The notes under the pieces were generated by a model. The model had not been told where the DNA came from. It was given only the letters and a program-made list of their open reading frames with translations, and made no database searches. A DNA stretch of 64,000 nt from Candidatus Desulfaltia sp. (GTDB taxonomy: Bacteria; Desulfobacterota; Desulfobacteria; Desulfobacterales; ETH-SRB1). The first letter of the stretch is position 1. Each line of letters opens with the position of its first letter. This document shows, piece by piece, positions 30,426 to 38,473 of the stretch. The translations under genes were made by a program, and so were the position numbers. The DNA lies in contig JAUSPN010000040.1 in NCBI GenBank assembly GCA_030656555.1, positions 70,536 through 134,535 of the forward strand, in the 5' to 3' direction.

Positions 30426-31466
30426 ATGGAACTTTTACCTTGGTATATGATGTATATGCCTATTTCAGGCATTGAGATTTTTTGGCCTGGCCTCGTCCTT
30501 ATAGGATTTTCCGTGGGTGTTATCGGTGGGTTCTTTGGTATGGGCGGCGCATGGCTTGTAACCCCGGGTCTTAATATCCTGGGCTTTCCAATGGCATTCG
30601 CCATAGGAACAGATATTGCTCATATCGCCGGAAAATCGATGATCGCCACAATCCGGCATGCAAAATTCGGAAACGTGGATGTCAAGCTCGGGCTCGCCAT
30701 GCTTGTCTTTACCATGATCGGCATTGAGATCGGGGCAAGGCTTGTAATGTACCTCGAAGCGCTCGGCATTGTCGGGCCCGTGGTAAGATGGATATATGTC
30801 GGTTTCTTGTGCGTTATCTTTTTGATGATTCTTACCGATATACTCAAGAAGCTGAAGATGGAAAAAGAAGCAAAAGCCGGCGGGGTCGAAGTAGATAAAA
30901 AGAAACGAGGGCTCGACCTTTCCACTCCCCTTCACAAAATCAAGATACCCCCGATGATGCATTTCAAGGAAGCTGGGATATACTGTTCGTTATGGCTTCC
31001 GGGAATGGTCGGTTTGATCACGGGTGTTCTGGCAGGGTTCCTCGGTATAGGCGGCGGCATGCTCCGGATGCCGGCTCTGATCTATTTTGTCGGATGTCCC
31101 ACACATGTTGCAGTAGGAACAGACCTTTTTGAGGTGATGCTTTCAGGGCTTTACGGAGCTTTTACATTTACGTTAAAGGGTCGTATAGAGCTGATAGCGG
31201 TTGTTGTAATGCTATGCGGCGCGTCCATAGGAGCCCAGATAGGCACAGTAGCCACCAAGTATTCAAGGGGGCTTGGAATCCTGTTCTGGTTTATGGTCTG
31301 TATCGTTGTCTGCATGATCTCCATTATTTTAAAGCAGTACGGTTTTGTCACCATTGCCGGAGTTCTGATTCTCGGCGTGGTGTTTATTGTATGCGGGGTT
31401 ATTATTAGGATCATGCTTATCGGCGCATTAGCTGAACTCAGGGCAAAGAAGGCTGCCGGGAAATAG
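30426..31466 (+). CDS. TSUP-family permease (TauE/SafE, DUF81)
   Basis: FGMGGAWLVTP and LGIGGGMLRMP glycine motifs. GTDIAHIAGKSMIATIRHAKFGNV aligns with GTDLFHIFAKAIMGSVIHRKLGNV of 11286. The RBS is AAGGAGG. Confidence 0.85.
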   Translation: MELLPWYMMYMPISGIEIFWPGLVLIGFSVGVIGGFFGMGGAWLVTPGLNILGFPMAFAIGTDIAHIAGKSMIATIRHAKFGNVDVKLGLAMLVFTMIGIEIGARLVMYLEALGIVGPVVRWIYVGFLCVIFLMILTDILKKLKMEKEAKAGGVEVDKKKRGLDLSTPLHKIKIPPMMHFKEAGIYCSLWLPGMVGLITGVLAGFLGIGGGMLRMPALIYFVGCPTHVAVGTDLFEVMLSGLYGAFTFTLKGRIELIAVVVMLCGASIGAQIGTVATKYSRGLGILFWFMVCIVVCMISIILKQYGFVTIAGVLILGVVFIVCGVIIRIMLIGALAELRAKKAAGK

Positions 31467-31514
31467 AACAGCGTTCCGGTGCGCTATGTTGATGAAGAAA
31501 GGAGACAAACCAAG

Positions 31515-31859
31515 ATGTTAAAAAACAAGGTGTTAATTACAGCACTAATCATAGCCGCTGCAGTTGTCTTGATAGTGCCTGCGGCCATGGCAGGAGAAGT
31601 TGTTCAGGGCAAATGCGCGGCAATAGACCAGGCAAACCATACTTATACTATTGAAATATACGATACGACCAGTAGCAAGGAACATCCTTACGGCAAGTCA
31701 ATAAATAAAACCATTATTATCGACTATTCCAATGCCCTGATAGGCAAAACCCCGGAACCGGGAGATGTAGTCAGGATTGCTTATAAGGTAGAGGAAGGGG
31801 TTAACAATGCTATAAGGGTGATGAATATAACTAAACAGGCCGCAATGGGTGGTCATTAA
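31515..31859 (+). CDS. Small exported protein, unknown family
   Basis: I prefer the internal ATG at 31515, preceded by AAGGAG. The N terminus is signal-peptide-like (LIVPAAMAGE). Confidence 0.6.
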   Translation: MLKNKVLITALIIAAAVVLIVPAAMAGEVVQGKCAAIDQANHTYTIEIYDTTSSKEHPYGKSINKTIIIDYSNALIGKTPEPGDVVRIAYKVEEGVNNAIRVMNITKQAAMGGH

Positions 31860-31877
31860 ATAACGGAGATAGATAGC

Positions 31878-32111
31878 ATGAACGTAAACCAGAAGATAAT
31901 TGTTGTTATGGTCGATATTCTTATTTTAGCGGAACTTGCTTACTGTATTATGCAGGGCAAGAGCAATCCGGAATATATGACCCCGATTTTTTTCAAGAAT
32001 TTTATTCCGTTAATCATTGCAACATTGATTGGTTCCAAAATCCTTCTTAAAAGATTCAGGACGGAAGAAATCGTATCAGCAACAAATAATAAGGCTATTA
32101 ATCCTGGTTGA
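31878..32111 (+). CDS. Small two-TM membrane protein
   Basis: 77 aa with two hydrophobic helices; the RBS (GGAG) is weak. Confidence 0.5.
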   Translation: MNVNQKIIVVMVDILILAELAYCIMQGKSNPEYMTPIFFKNFIPLIIATLIGSKILLKRFRTEEIVSATNNKAINPG

Positions 32112-32214
32112 TAGCTGGCAGAAGTCGGGGGTCAGATATTTATACGTAATGTCAGACCCCCGTACCTGCACGAATCAGAGATTGAGCGTTGGGTATTAGG
32201 AATCTTATTTATAC

Positions 32215-32997
32215 ATGAAACTTCAAAGACTTTCGTTATGGATTAAAATAATTGGGAGACTGGCGGCCTTCTTGGGAGTGGTTGCCTTTGTGACGGCAAT
32301 TGACGCATTTATTGATGGGGCAGAGCGCTCAGTCAACACCTATCCCGGCTATCCGGCAATGAATCAGCCTATATCCGGAAAATCTTCCAAGCCTATAGAA
32401 TCGACGGAGAAACTTTCCTATACGATTTCAGCCAATGATATTGTATTGCATTTTACAGGAGCGGAAAGCAGTGTCTGGCACCACGCGTGGAGCGGCGCTC
32501 TAAAAATCGGCTCTTCAATAGAACCCGGCGAGTATGCTCTCTTTGTGAGCTGTGGGGCTGAAATTCCTGAAAAAAGGATTACCCAATACAAAATCGTAGT
32601 TTACAAAGATTTCTTAACATACAAAGATCATATCAAGTCGTATGTCCGGCGGTATCTGGGAGTCTGTCCCTGGTGGATTTTCCTTGGCATTCTGCCCTTT
32701 TTCGGGCTGTGCTTTGGAATCGTATATTATCTCTCAGGCCAAAAGGAAGCCATTATGGCGACCTCGGGTCGGTCGGAGATATCCAAACTCAAACTTTCAG
32801 AAGAAAACTGGTTGATCTCTTTTGGCCTGGGCAGCAAGCACGGCATTAAAGAAAATGATATAGTCTCTGTTTATACACCTGACGGAACCAAAATCGGGAC
32901 AGTTAAAGTAAAAGAGGTGTTTTCTGATATTTCAACAGCTACAGCTCCAAAATGGCAAAAGATAAAACCTGATTATGAAATCAGATTGCGATTATGA
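32215..32997 (+). CDS. Hypothetical bitopic membrane protein
   Basis: 260 aa, N-terminal TM, ~130-aa external segment, second TM, and a small C-terminal beta-rich domain. There is no clear RBS. Confidence 0.5.
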   Translation: MKLQRLSLWIKIIGRLAAFLGVVAFVTAIDAFIDGAERSVNTYPGYPAMNQPISGKSSKPIESTEKLSYTISANDIVLHFTGAESSVWHHAWSGALKIGSSIEPGEYALFVSCGAEIPEKRITQYKIVVYKDFLTYKDHIKSYVRRYLGVCPWWIFLGILPFFGLCFGIVYYLSGQKEAIMATSGRSEISKLKLSEENWLISFGLGSKHGIKENDIVSVYTPDGTKIGTVKVKEVFSDISTATAPKWQKIKPDYEIRLRL

Positions 32998-33046
32998 TTC
33001 TCCTAAAAACTCCTCCTTTAAGCTATTTTTATTCTCACCGGAATAT

Positions 33047-33187
33047 GATGAACTCGTAAAAAGTAAAATTCGTCGAATGTGTCATTTCGACCGTAGGGAG
33101 AAATCTTATCTTTTCAATAAGTTGCGGAATAAAGATTTCTCGTTTCACTCGAAATGACAAGTTTTTGTGACTTTTTACGAAGCCATC
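33047..33187. repeat. Full nested-hairpin intergenic element (MITE/REP-like)
   Basis: Three nested inverted-repeat pairs: GATGAACTCGTAAAAAGT / ACTTTTTACGAAGCCATC, GTCATTTCGA / TCGAAATGAC, and GAGAAATCTTAT / ATAAAGATTTCTC. Confidence 0.75.
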
Positions 33188-33350
33188 AAATATAACCCTC
33201 ATTAAAGTTTTAAATAAATACAGACTAAAACATGTTGAGTTAAAAATACCTTTCTGTTAATTAAAACAGATTAGGTATTAGGTAATAAGTATTTGATAAA
33301 ATAAATAGTTGGTTTAACTTAACACTTAACACCTATTCATGGAGGCGGAT

Positions 33351-33461
33351 ATGACCGCAATAGGAATCCTGAGCATGATATTGTGTACTTTTCTTGCCAT
33401 TATAATAGGGTTGTATCTTGGCAATATGATAAGAAATAGAAAACATGGAAAAAAGCAATAG
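33351..33461 (+). CDS. Candidate 36-aa single-TM small protein
   Basis: GGAGG lies 5 nt upstream of the ATG. The sequence is MTAIGILSMILCTFLAIIIGLYLGNMIRNRKHGKKQ (hydrophobic helix plus basic tail). It is below the ORF-track cutoff. Confidence 0.4.
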   Translation: MTAIGILSMILCTFLAIIIGLYLGNMIRNRKHGKKQ

Positions 33462-33509
33462 GATCAAAAACAGATGAGTTTCTTACGGGTATTTAAAGCA
33501 GGGGACTAA

Positions 33510-33959
33510 ATGGAACAATTAAAAATAATGCTTGTGGATGATGAGGAAAGGTTTCTTGCCACCACCAAAAAGCTGCTCGCAAAAAAGGGTCATGATATCC
33601 TGACGGCGACAAGCGGGTCTGAGGCATTAAATATACTAAAAACGAAAAAAGTTCATGTGGTTATTTTAGACGTTAAAATGCCCGGTATGAACGGTCTTGC
33701 AACCTTGAGGCAGATTAAAAAACTTTATCCCATGGTTGAGGTTATTATGTTGACAGGCCATGCAACCGGAGAAACAGCCGTGGATGTCTTGAATGCCGGC
33801 GCTACAGATTGTTTAATGAAACCTGTAGACATTGACGACCTTGTTCAAAAGGTGGAGGAAGCATCCGAGAAAAGACAAGGGCTGGAAGCAAAGATCCGTG
33901 CAGCTCAAACCGGGAGCACCGTGAAGCCTCCGAGATCTATTTCCGGTGAGACCAGATAA
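33510..33959 (+). CDS. Single-domain response regulator
   Basis: MLVDDEE, ILDVKMPGMNG and LMKPVDI motifs. Confidence 0.9.
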   Translation: MEQLKIMLVDDEERFLATTKKLLAKKGHDILTATSGSEALNILKTKKVHVVILDVKMPGMNGLATLRQIKKLYPMVEVIMLTGHATGETAVDVLNAGATDCLMKPVDIDDLVQKVEEASEKRQGLEAKIRAAQTGSTVKPPRSISGETR

Positions 33960-33997
33960 ATCTGAATGGCCGCGCTGCAATAAGGGAGTAAAATATC

Positions 33998-35698
33998 ATG
34001 GAACAGAAACATTTTTTTAAGGTGATAAGAAAAAAGATTCTGCTTAGCATGATATTGGTCCCTGTTATACCATTTATCCTGATACTCGGCATTGGTTATT
34101 ATTATTTTGTGACTTCTTTGGAGATCAATACCATTGCAAGCATGAAACGGATTAGCGCGGATCACAGGGAAATAATCGAGTCCTTTCTCACAGAACGCAG
34201 GAGCGACCTGGAATTTATTGCCGGCTCTTATACATTTCAAGAACTTAGCCGGCCAAAAGCACTTGCTGAAGTTTTTAATCGATTGCAGGGAAAATCTGAT
34301 ACATTTACCGATCTTGGGATATTTAATGACGCGGGTCTGCATGTGGCGTATCACGGTCCTTACAGGCTGACCGGTAAGATTTATAAGGATACCCAGTGGT
34401 TCCAGGAGGTAATGAAACACGGTTACTACATTAGTGATGTTTTTTTGGGTTACAGGAAGGTTCCGCACTTTGTTATCGCCGTTGCCCATGAGGAAAAGGG
34501 AAATAAATGGGTGATCCGTTCAACAATTGATACATTCAGATTTAATAATCTTGTAAGAAAAGTTCACATCGGAAAAACCGGCGAGGCTTATCTCCTTAAT
34601 GCTGAAGGCATGCTTCAGACAGAACGGCATTCTGGTGGGAACTTGATGGATAAGCCTTTGGATGGGATTCAATATCCGGAATCGCATAGAAGTACCAAAA
34701 GCTTCATAGATAAGGGCGTAAACGGAGTAAAATATCTATATGCTACAACCTGGATGAAGGATAAAAAATGGTTGCTGGTTATAAGGCAGGAAAAAGCAGA
34801 TGCATTCGAAGCGCTTACTTCGGCTGCTTACCTCATAATACTTATTGCGGTTATAGGCGGATCAGTCATTATTAGTGTTGCTTTTTATCTGACAAATGGA
34901 ATTGTTAAGCGTATGACACAAATGGATGAGGAAAAGGATCAGTTGGGTCAGCAACTAATCAGGGCAAGCCGGCTTGCGGAGATTGGTGAAATGGCTACAG
35001 GTTTTGCTCATGAAATCAACAATCCTCTTCAGATTATGAAAAGCGAGCAATCGCTTATAGAAATTTTCCTTTCAGAGCTAAAGGGAAATGGTCAGTTAAG
35101 TCAATCCGAAACATTGGTTGAGCTGGAGGATTCCCTTAATCAAATCGGACTTCAGATTAACCGTTGTGCCAAGATTACTCAAGCCATCCTTAAATTTGGC
35201 AGACAGAGCGACCCGGTGGCTGTAGATGTGGATTTTAAACAGTTTATCCCGGAAGTAACCGCCATGGTGGCAAAGAAAGCAAGTGTCAATGGTATTTCCT
35301 TAAAAGAGAACATATCGGAGGATACGCCTTTGATCCATGTGGATCCAGGGCAGTTGCAGCAGGTTTTTCTTAATCTTTTCAACAATGCTATTGATGCAAT
35401 TATCGAAAGACATGGATCTTCAGGGGGTGAGCTGGTTGTTGAATCAGGGCCGAAAGAGAACGGAAAGGTAGAAATTACGGTCAAAGATAATGGACAGGGC
35501 ATCAGCCCTGAAAACCTGAAAAAGATTTTCAGCCCGTTTTTTACCACCAAACCTGTAGGCAAAGGAACGGGATTGGGCCTTTCAGTGTGTTATGGTATTG
35601 TAGAGAGCATGGGTGGGGTAATGGATGTCAGCAGTGAAAAAGGTGTTGGCACTACTTTTACAATAACCCTGCCTGCTGCAATTTCGGCCGGTTTGTAA
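33998..35698 (+). CDS. Sensor histidine kinase with Cache-like domain (family 1)
   Basis: [19 protein letters not shown]; H-box [11 protein letters not shown]; HATPase motifs DNGQGI / GTGLGLS. Confidence 0.9.
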   Translation: MEQKHFFKVIRKKILLSMILVPVIPFILILGIGYYYFVTSLEINTIASMKRISADHREIIESFLTERRSDLEFIAGSYTFQELSRPKALAEVFNRLQGKSDTFTDLGIFNDAGLHVAYHGPYRLTGKIYKDTQWFQEVMKHGYYISDVFLGYRKVPHFVIAVAHEEKGNKWVIRSTIDTFRFNNLVRKVHIGKTGEAYLLNAEGMLQTERHSGGNLMDKPLDGIQYPESHRSTKSFIDKGVNGVKYLYATTWMKDKKWLLVIRQEKADAFEALTSAAYLIILIAVIGGSVIISVAFYLTNGIVKRMTQMDEEKDQLGQQLIRASRLAEIGEMATGFAHEINNPLQIMKSEQSLIEIFLSELKGNGQLSQSETLVELEDSLNQIGLQINRCAKITQAILKFGRQSDPVAVDVDFKQFIPEVTAMVAKKASVNGISLKENISEDTPLIHVDPGQLQQVFLNLFNNAIDAIIERHGSSGGELVVESGPKENGKVEITVKDNGQGISPENLKKIFSPFFTTKPVGKGTGLGLSVCYGIVESMGGVMDVSSEKGVGTTFTITLPAAISAGL

Positions 35699-35730
35699 GC
35701 TGATGAAACCCGCAGGCTGAGGAGATTGGG

Positions 35731-36615
35731 ATGAATCAAGAAATAAAGGTTTTGCTGGTCGATGACGAAGATCAATTTCGATCGGTCACCAAAAAAATCC
35801 TGAATAAAAAAGGATTTGAAACCATTTTAGCAGGCTGCTGTGAAGAAGCTATCGATAAACTTAAAGAAAAACCGGATGTGGTAATTCTTGACATAAAGAT
35901 GCCTGGTGTAGATGGCCATCAAACTCTGAGAGAAATAAAGGAGCGTTATCCGGATCTTCCGGTAATTATGCTTTCAGGCCATGGGGTAATGCCTTCTGCC
36001 AGAGAATCTTTTGTTGAAGGGGCATTTGATTATCTTACAAAGCCGTGTGATATAGATATTCTGACGACTAAAATAATTGATGCCTGTAGTCGTGGAAAAG
36101 ATGAGCGGCACATGGAAGAAAAAAGGGTCATGGACATCATGGTTCCAATTCAGGATTACACTGCTTTAAGCATGGAAAGTACTGTCAGGGAAGCCATTGA
36201 TAAGCTGAAGGAGTCTTTTTCATCAAAGATATTGACCGGTAAAATTATGGGAAGAGAACACCACTTTCTTCTTGCATTGGATGATAGAGGAAAGGTGTCT
36301 GGAGTTTTAAGCATAACAGATCTGCTCAAAGCTGTTATCCCAGCCTACATTAGAAGTTCCGGCGCCGCTGTAACAGATAGTATCCGTTATTCATCCATGT
36401 TTTGGGCCGGTATGTTCAGCAGGGAAGTTAAACAACTGTCTGAAAAGAAAATCAAAGAGATCATGTCGCCCGCGCCGGTTACAATTGAAGGGGGGGCCAA
36501 TCTCATAGAAGCAGCCTATATGATGCTCAAAAATAAAGAGCACCTGCTTGTCGTCGTTACATTAGGAAAAGTTGAAGGTGTGATTCGAGAGCAGGATCTG
36601 TTTATTGAAATGTAG
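35731..36615 (+). CDS. Response regulator with CBS-pair output domain (REC-CBS)
   Basis: The receiver has ILDIKMPGVDG and LTKPCDI. Two CBS motifs follow in the C-terminal 150 aa. Confidence 0.9.
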   Translation: MNQEIKVLLVDDEDQFRSVTKKILNKKGFETILAGCCEEAIDKLKEKPDVVILDIKMPGVDGHQTLREIKERYPDLPVIMLSGHGVMPSARESFVEGAFDYLTKPCDIDILTTKIIDACSRGKDERHMEEKRVMDIMVPIQDYTALSMESTVREAIDKLKESFSSKILTGKIMGREHHFLLALDDRGKVSGVLSITDLLKAVIPAYIRSSGAAVTDSIRYSSMFWAGMFSREVKQLSEKKIKEIMSPAPVTIEGGANLIEAAYMMLKNKEHLLVVVTLGKVEGVIREQDLFIEM

Positions 36616-36632
36616 AGCACAAACAGAGTTTT

Positions 36633-37004
36633 TTACGCCTTTTTCTTCCATGCCTCTTCTATTTTAGATATCAGCGCATCTATGTCACATGGCTTTGTTA
36701 AATAATCATAAGCGCCCTGCCTGATCACTTCAAGAGCGTCATCAATTGTGCCGTGACCTGTCAGGACAAGCGTCCTGGTAGAAAGTCCGAGTTTCCTGAT
36801 TTCTTCAAGAGTGGCTATACCGTCCATACCAGGCATCTTTACGTCCAGCACTATAACATCAAAGCTTTCTTCTTTAAGGGTTTGTATGGCGCTATCACCA
36901 CTGTTAACCGCCTTAACGCGATGCCCTTTTATTGTCAAAAGCTTTGACAGGTTTCTTGTAAATATAACTTCATCATCTACCAGTAAAATTTTAGCTCCTG
37001 TCAT
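36633..37004 (-). CDS. Single-domain response regulator
   Basis: LLVDDE, VLDVKMPGMDG and LTKPCDI motifs; 123 aa. Confidence 0.9.
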   Translation of the reverse strand: MTGAKILLVDDEVIFTRNLSKLLTIKGHRVKAVNSGDSAIQTLKEESFDVIVLDVKMPGMDGIATLEEIRKLGLSTRTLVLTGHGTIDDALEVIRQGAYDYLTKPCDIDALISKIEEAWKKKA

Positions 37005-37068
37005 TTTAATTCTTCCTTTGCCCCGAAACAGTATAAGTAAACTACTTTTGAGGTTATACCTGAAATGA

Positions 37069-37136
37069 GCGATTAGCTATTAGCGGTTAGCTCTTAGCTA
37101 AAGGCTAACTGCTAATGGCCAACAGCTAATCGCTTA
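37069..37136. repeat. Word-type imperfect palindrome built from GCTAA/TTAGC units
   Basis: AGCGATTAGCT (37070-37080) is the reverse complement of AGCTAATCGCT (37125-37135). The interior consists of repeated TTAGC / GCTAA words. Confidence 0.65.
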
Positions 37137-37148
37137 ACTTGGATTATA

Positions 37149-38216
37149 TCAAATACGCGACATATAGTGTAGCTGTTTCCAGTATTTTTTCTGAATCTCG
37201 ATTACCTTATTTAATTCAGAGAATTTAAAAAAAGAAGGCCTTTTTGCCTTTTCTATTTTTTCCGCAGATAGCGTGGAAACATCACAAAGCTCCTGCATAA
37301 CCCGAAGACCGCATTGAGTGTTTCCCTTCACACTGTAACCTCCTTCCAGGATAAAAACAATGCGTCCATTACAGACCTCCTCTGCCGTTTCCAGCAAAAG
37401 ACGGGTTATCAGCCCATAGCCTTCCGGCGTTACCTGCATACCGCCAAGCCTGTCATACATGTAAAGATCAAAACCGCAGGACACCAGAATTATATAAGGC
37501 TGATATTCCCGTGCAAGGGGCTTTATCAACTGATGGATAATTCTGGCAAAATCTTTGTCGCCATAACCTTTCCCAAGAGGAACATTGACTGTAAATCCCC
37601 TTCCTCTTCCTGTTCCGACTTCGCCCATCTTTCCGGTTCCAGGATAACATGGAAACTGATGCATGGAAACAAACAGCACCTCGTCGGTATCATAAAATGC
37701 AGACTGGGTTCCATTTCCGTGATGAACATCTATATCCACAATCATGACCTTATTGACCGAGTAATGTTCTTTCAGATACCTGGCCCCCAGGGCTATATTG
37801 TTAAAAAGGCAAAATCCCATGGCTTTATCGGCTTCAGCATGATGACCCGGCGGCCGGATACAGGCAAAGGCTCTTTTTGCCGTATCATTTCTAATTTCAT
37901 CCAGAAGGCTAAACACCGCGCCTGCCGCCAACCGGGCCACGTCATAAGACTTTGCAGTGGCCTGAGTATCTAAATCAAAAGAGCTGAGAGGTTTACCCGC
38001 TGTTTGCGCTATACTCTGGATATATTCCGGTGTATGCACCCAGGCGAGTTCTTCAGGGCCGGCCATTCTCGGTACTACCTCCAGCCACCTTCCTTCAAGA
38101 GAAGGATGCTTCAATACTGCCTGAAAGGCTTTAACCCTTTTGGCATTCTCCAGATGAAAAACATTTTCGAGATGCTGTGTAAACCGATTGTCTCTAATAA
38201 CAAGTACTGGTTTCAT
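37149..38216 (-). CDS. Histone-deacetylase-family Zn-dependent deacetylase (AcuC / acetylpolyamine amidohydrolase-like)
   Basis: RPPGHHA, DIDVHHGNGTQ, SCGFD and EGGYS catalytic/zinc motifs are all present. Confidence 0.9.
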   Translation of the reverse strand: MKPVLVIRDNRFTQHLENVFHLENAKRVKAFQAVLKHPSLEGRWLEVVPRMAGPEELAWVHTPEYIQSIAQTAGKPLSSFDLDTQATAKSYDVARLAAGAVFSLLDEIRNDTAKRAFACIRPPGHHAEADKAMGFCLFNNIALGARYLKEHYSVNKVMIVDIDVHHGNGTQSAFYDTDEVLFVSMHQFPCYPGTGKMGEVGTGRGRGFTVNVPLGKGYGDKDFARIIHQLIKPLAREYQPYIILVSCGFDLYMYDRLGGMQVTPEGYGLITRLLLETAEEVCNGRIVFILEGGYSVKGNTQCGLRVMQELCDVSTLSAEKIEKAKRPSFFKFSELNKVIEIQKKYWKQLHYMSRI

Positions 38217-38298
38217 ATTAAATATCGTAACCGTTCATGCCTGAAACAGGCTTTTTTTAACCGCAAAAGCGAGCGAATATAAAAACAGCAATTTTTAC

Positions 38299-38405
38299 AC
38301 CCCCCTTGCCCCCCTCAAGGGGGGAATAAATCGGAGCCCCCCACCAAGGGAATAAATCGGAAAAATTTCTTTATATTCCCCCTTTGAAGGGGGTTAGGGG
38401 GATGT
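38299..38405. repeat. C-run/G-run hairpin element with internal direct repeat
   Basis: Hairpins CCCCCCTCAAGGGGGG and CCCCCTTTGAAGGGGG, plus GGGAATAAATCGGA repeated twice. Confidence 0.6.
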
Positions 38406-38473
38406 TAATAGTAGCTAAAAAATGACAAATTCTGCCAAAATTAAATTTTTCACACTAATCTACAAAGAACCAC

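Noticed and set aside
38299-38405. G-quadruplex in the G-run element.
   Set aside because: Only two G runs lie within quadruplex-compatible spacing on either strand. Hairpins explain the sequence better.
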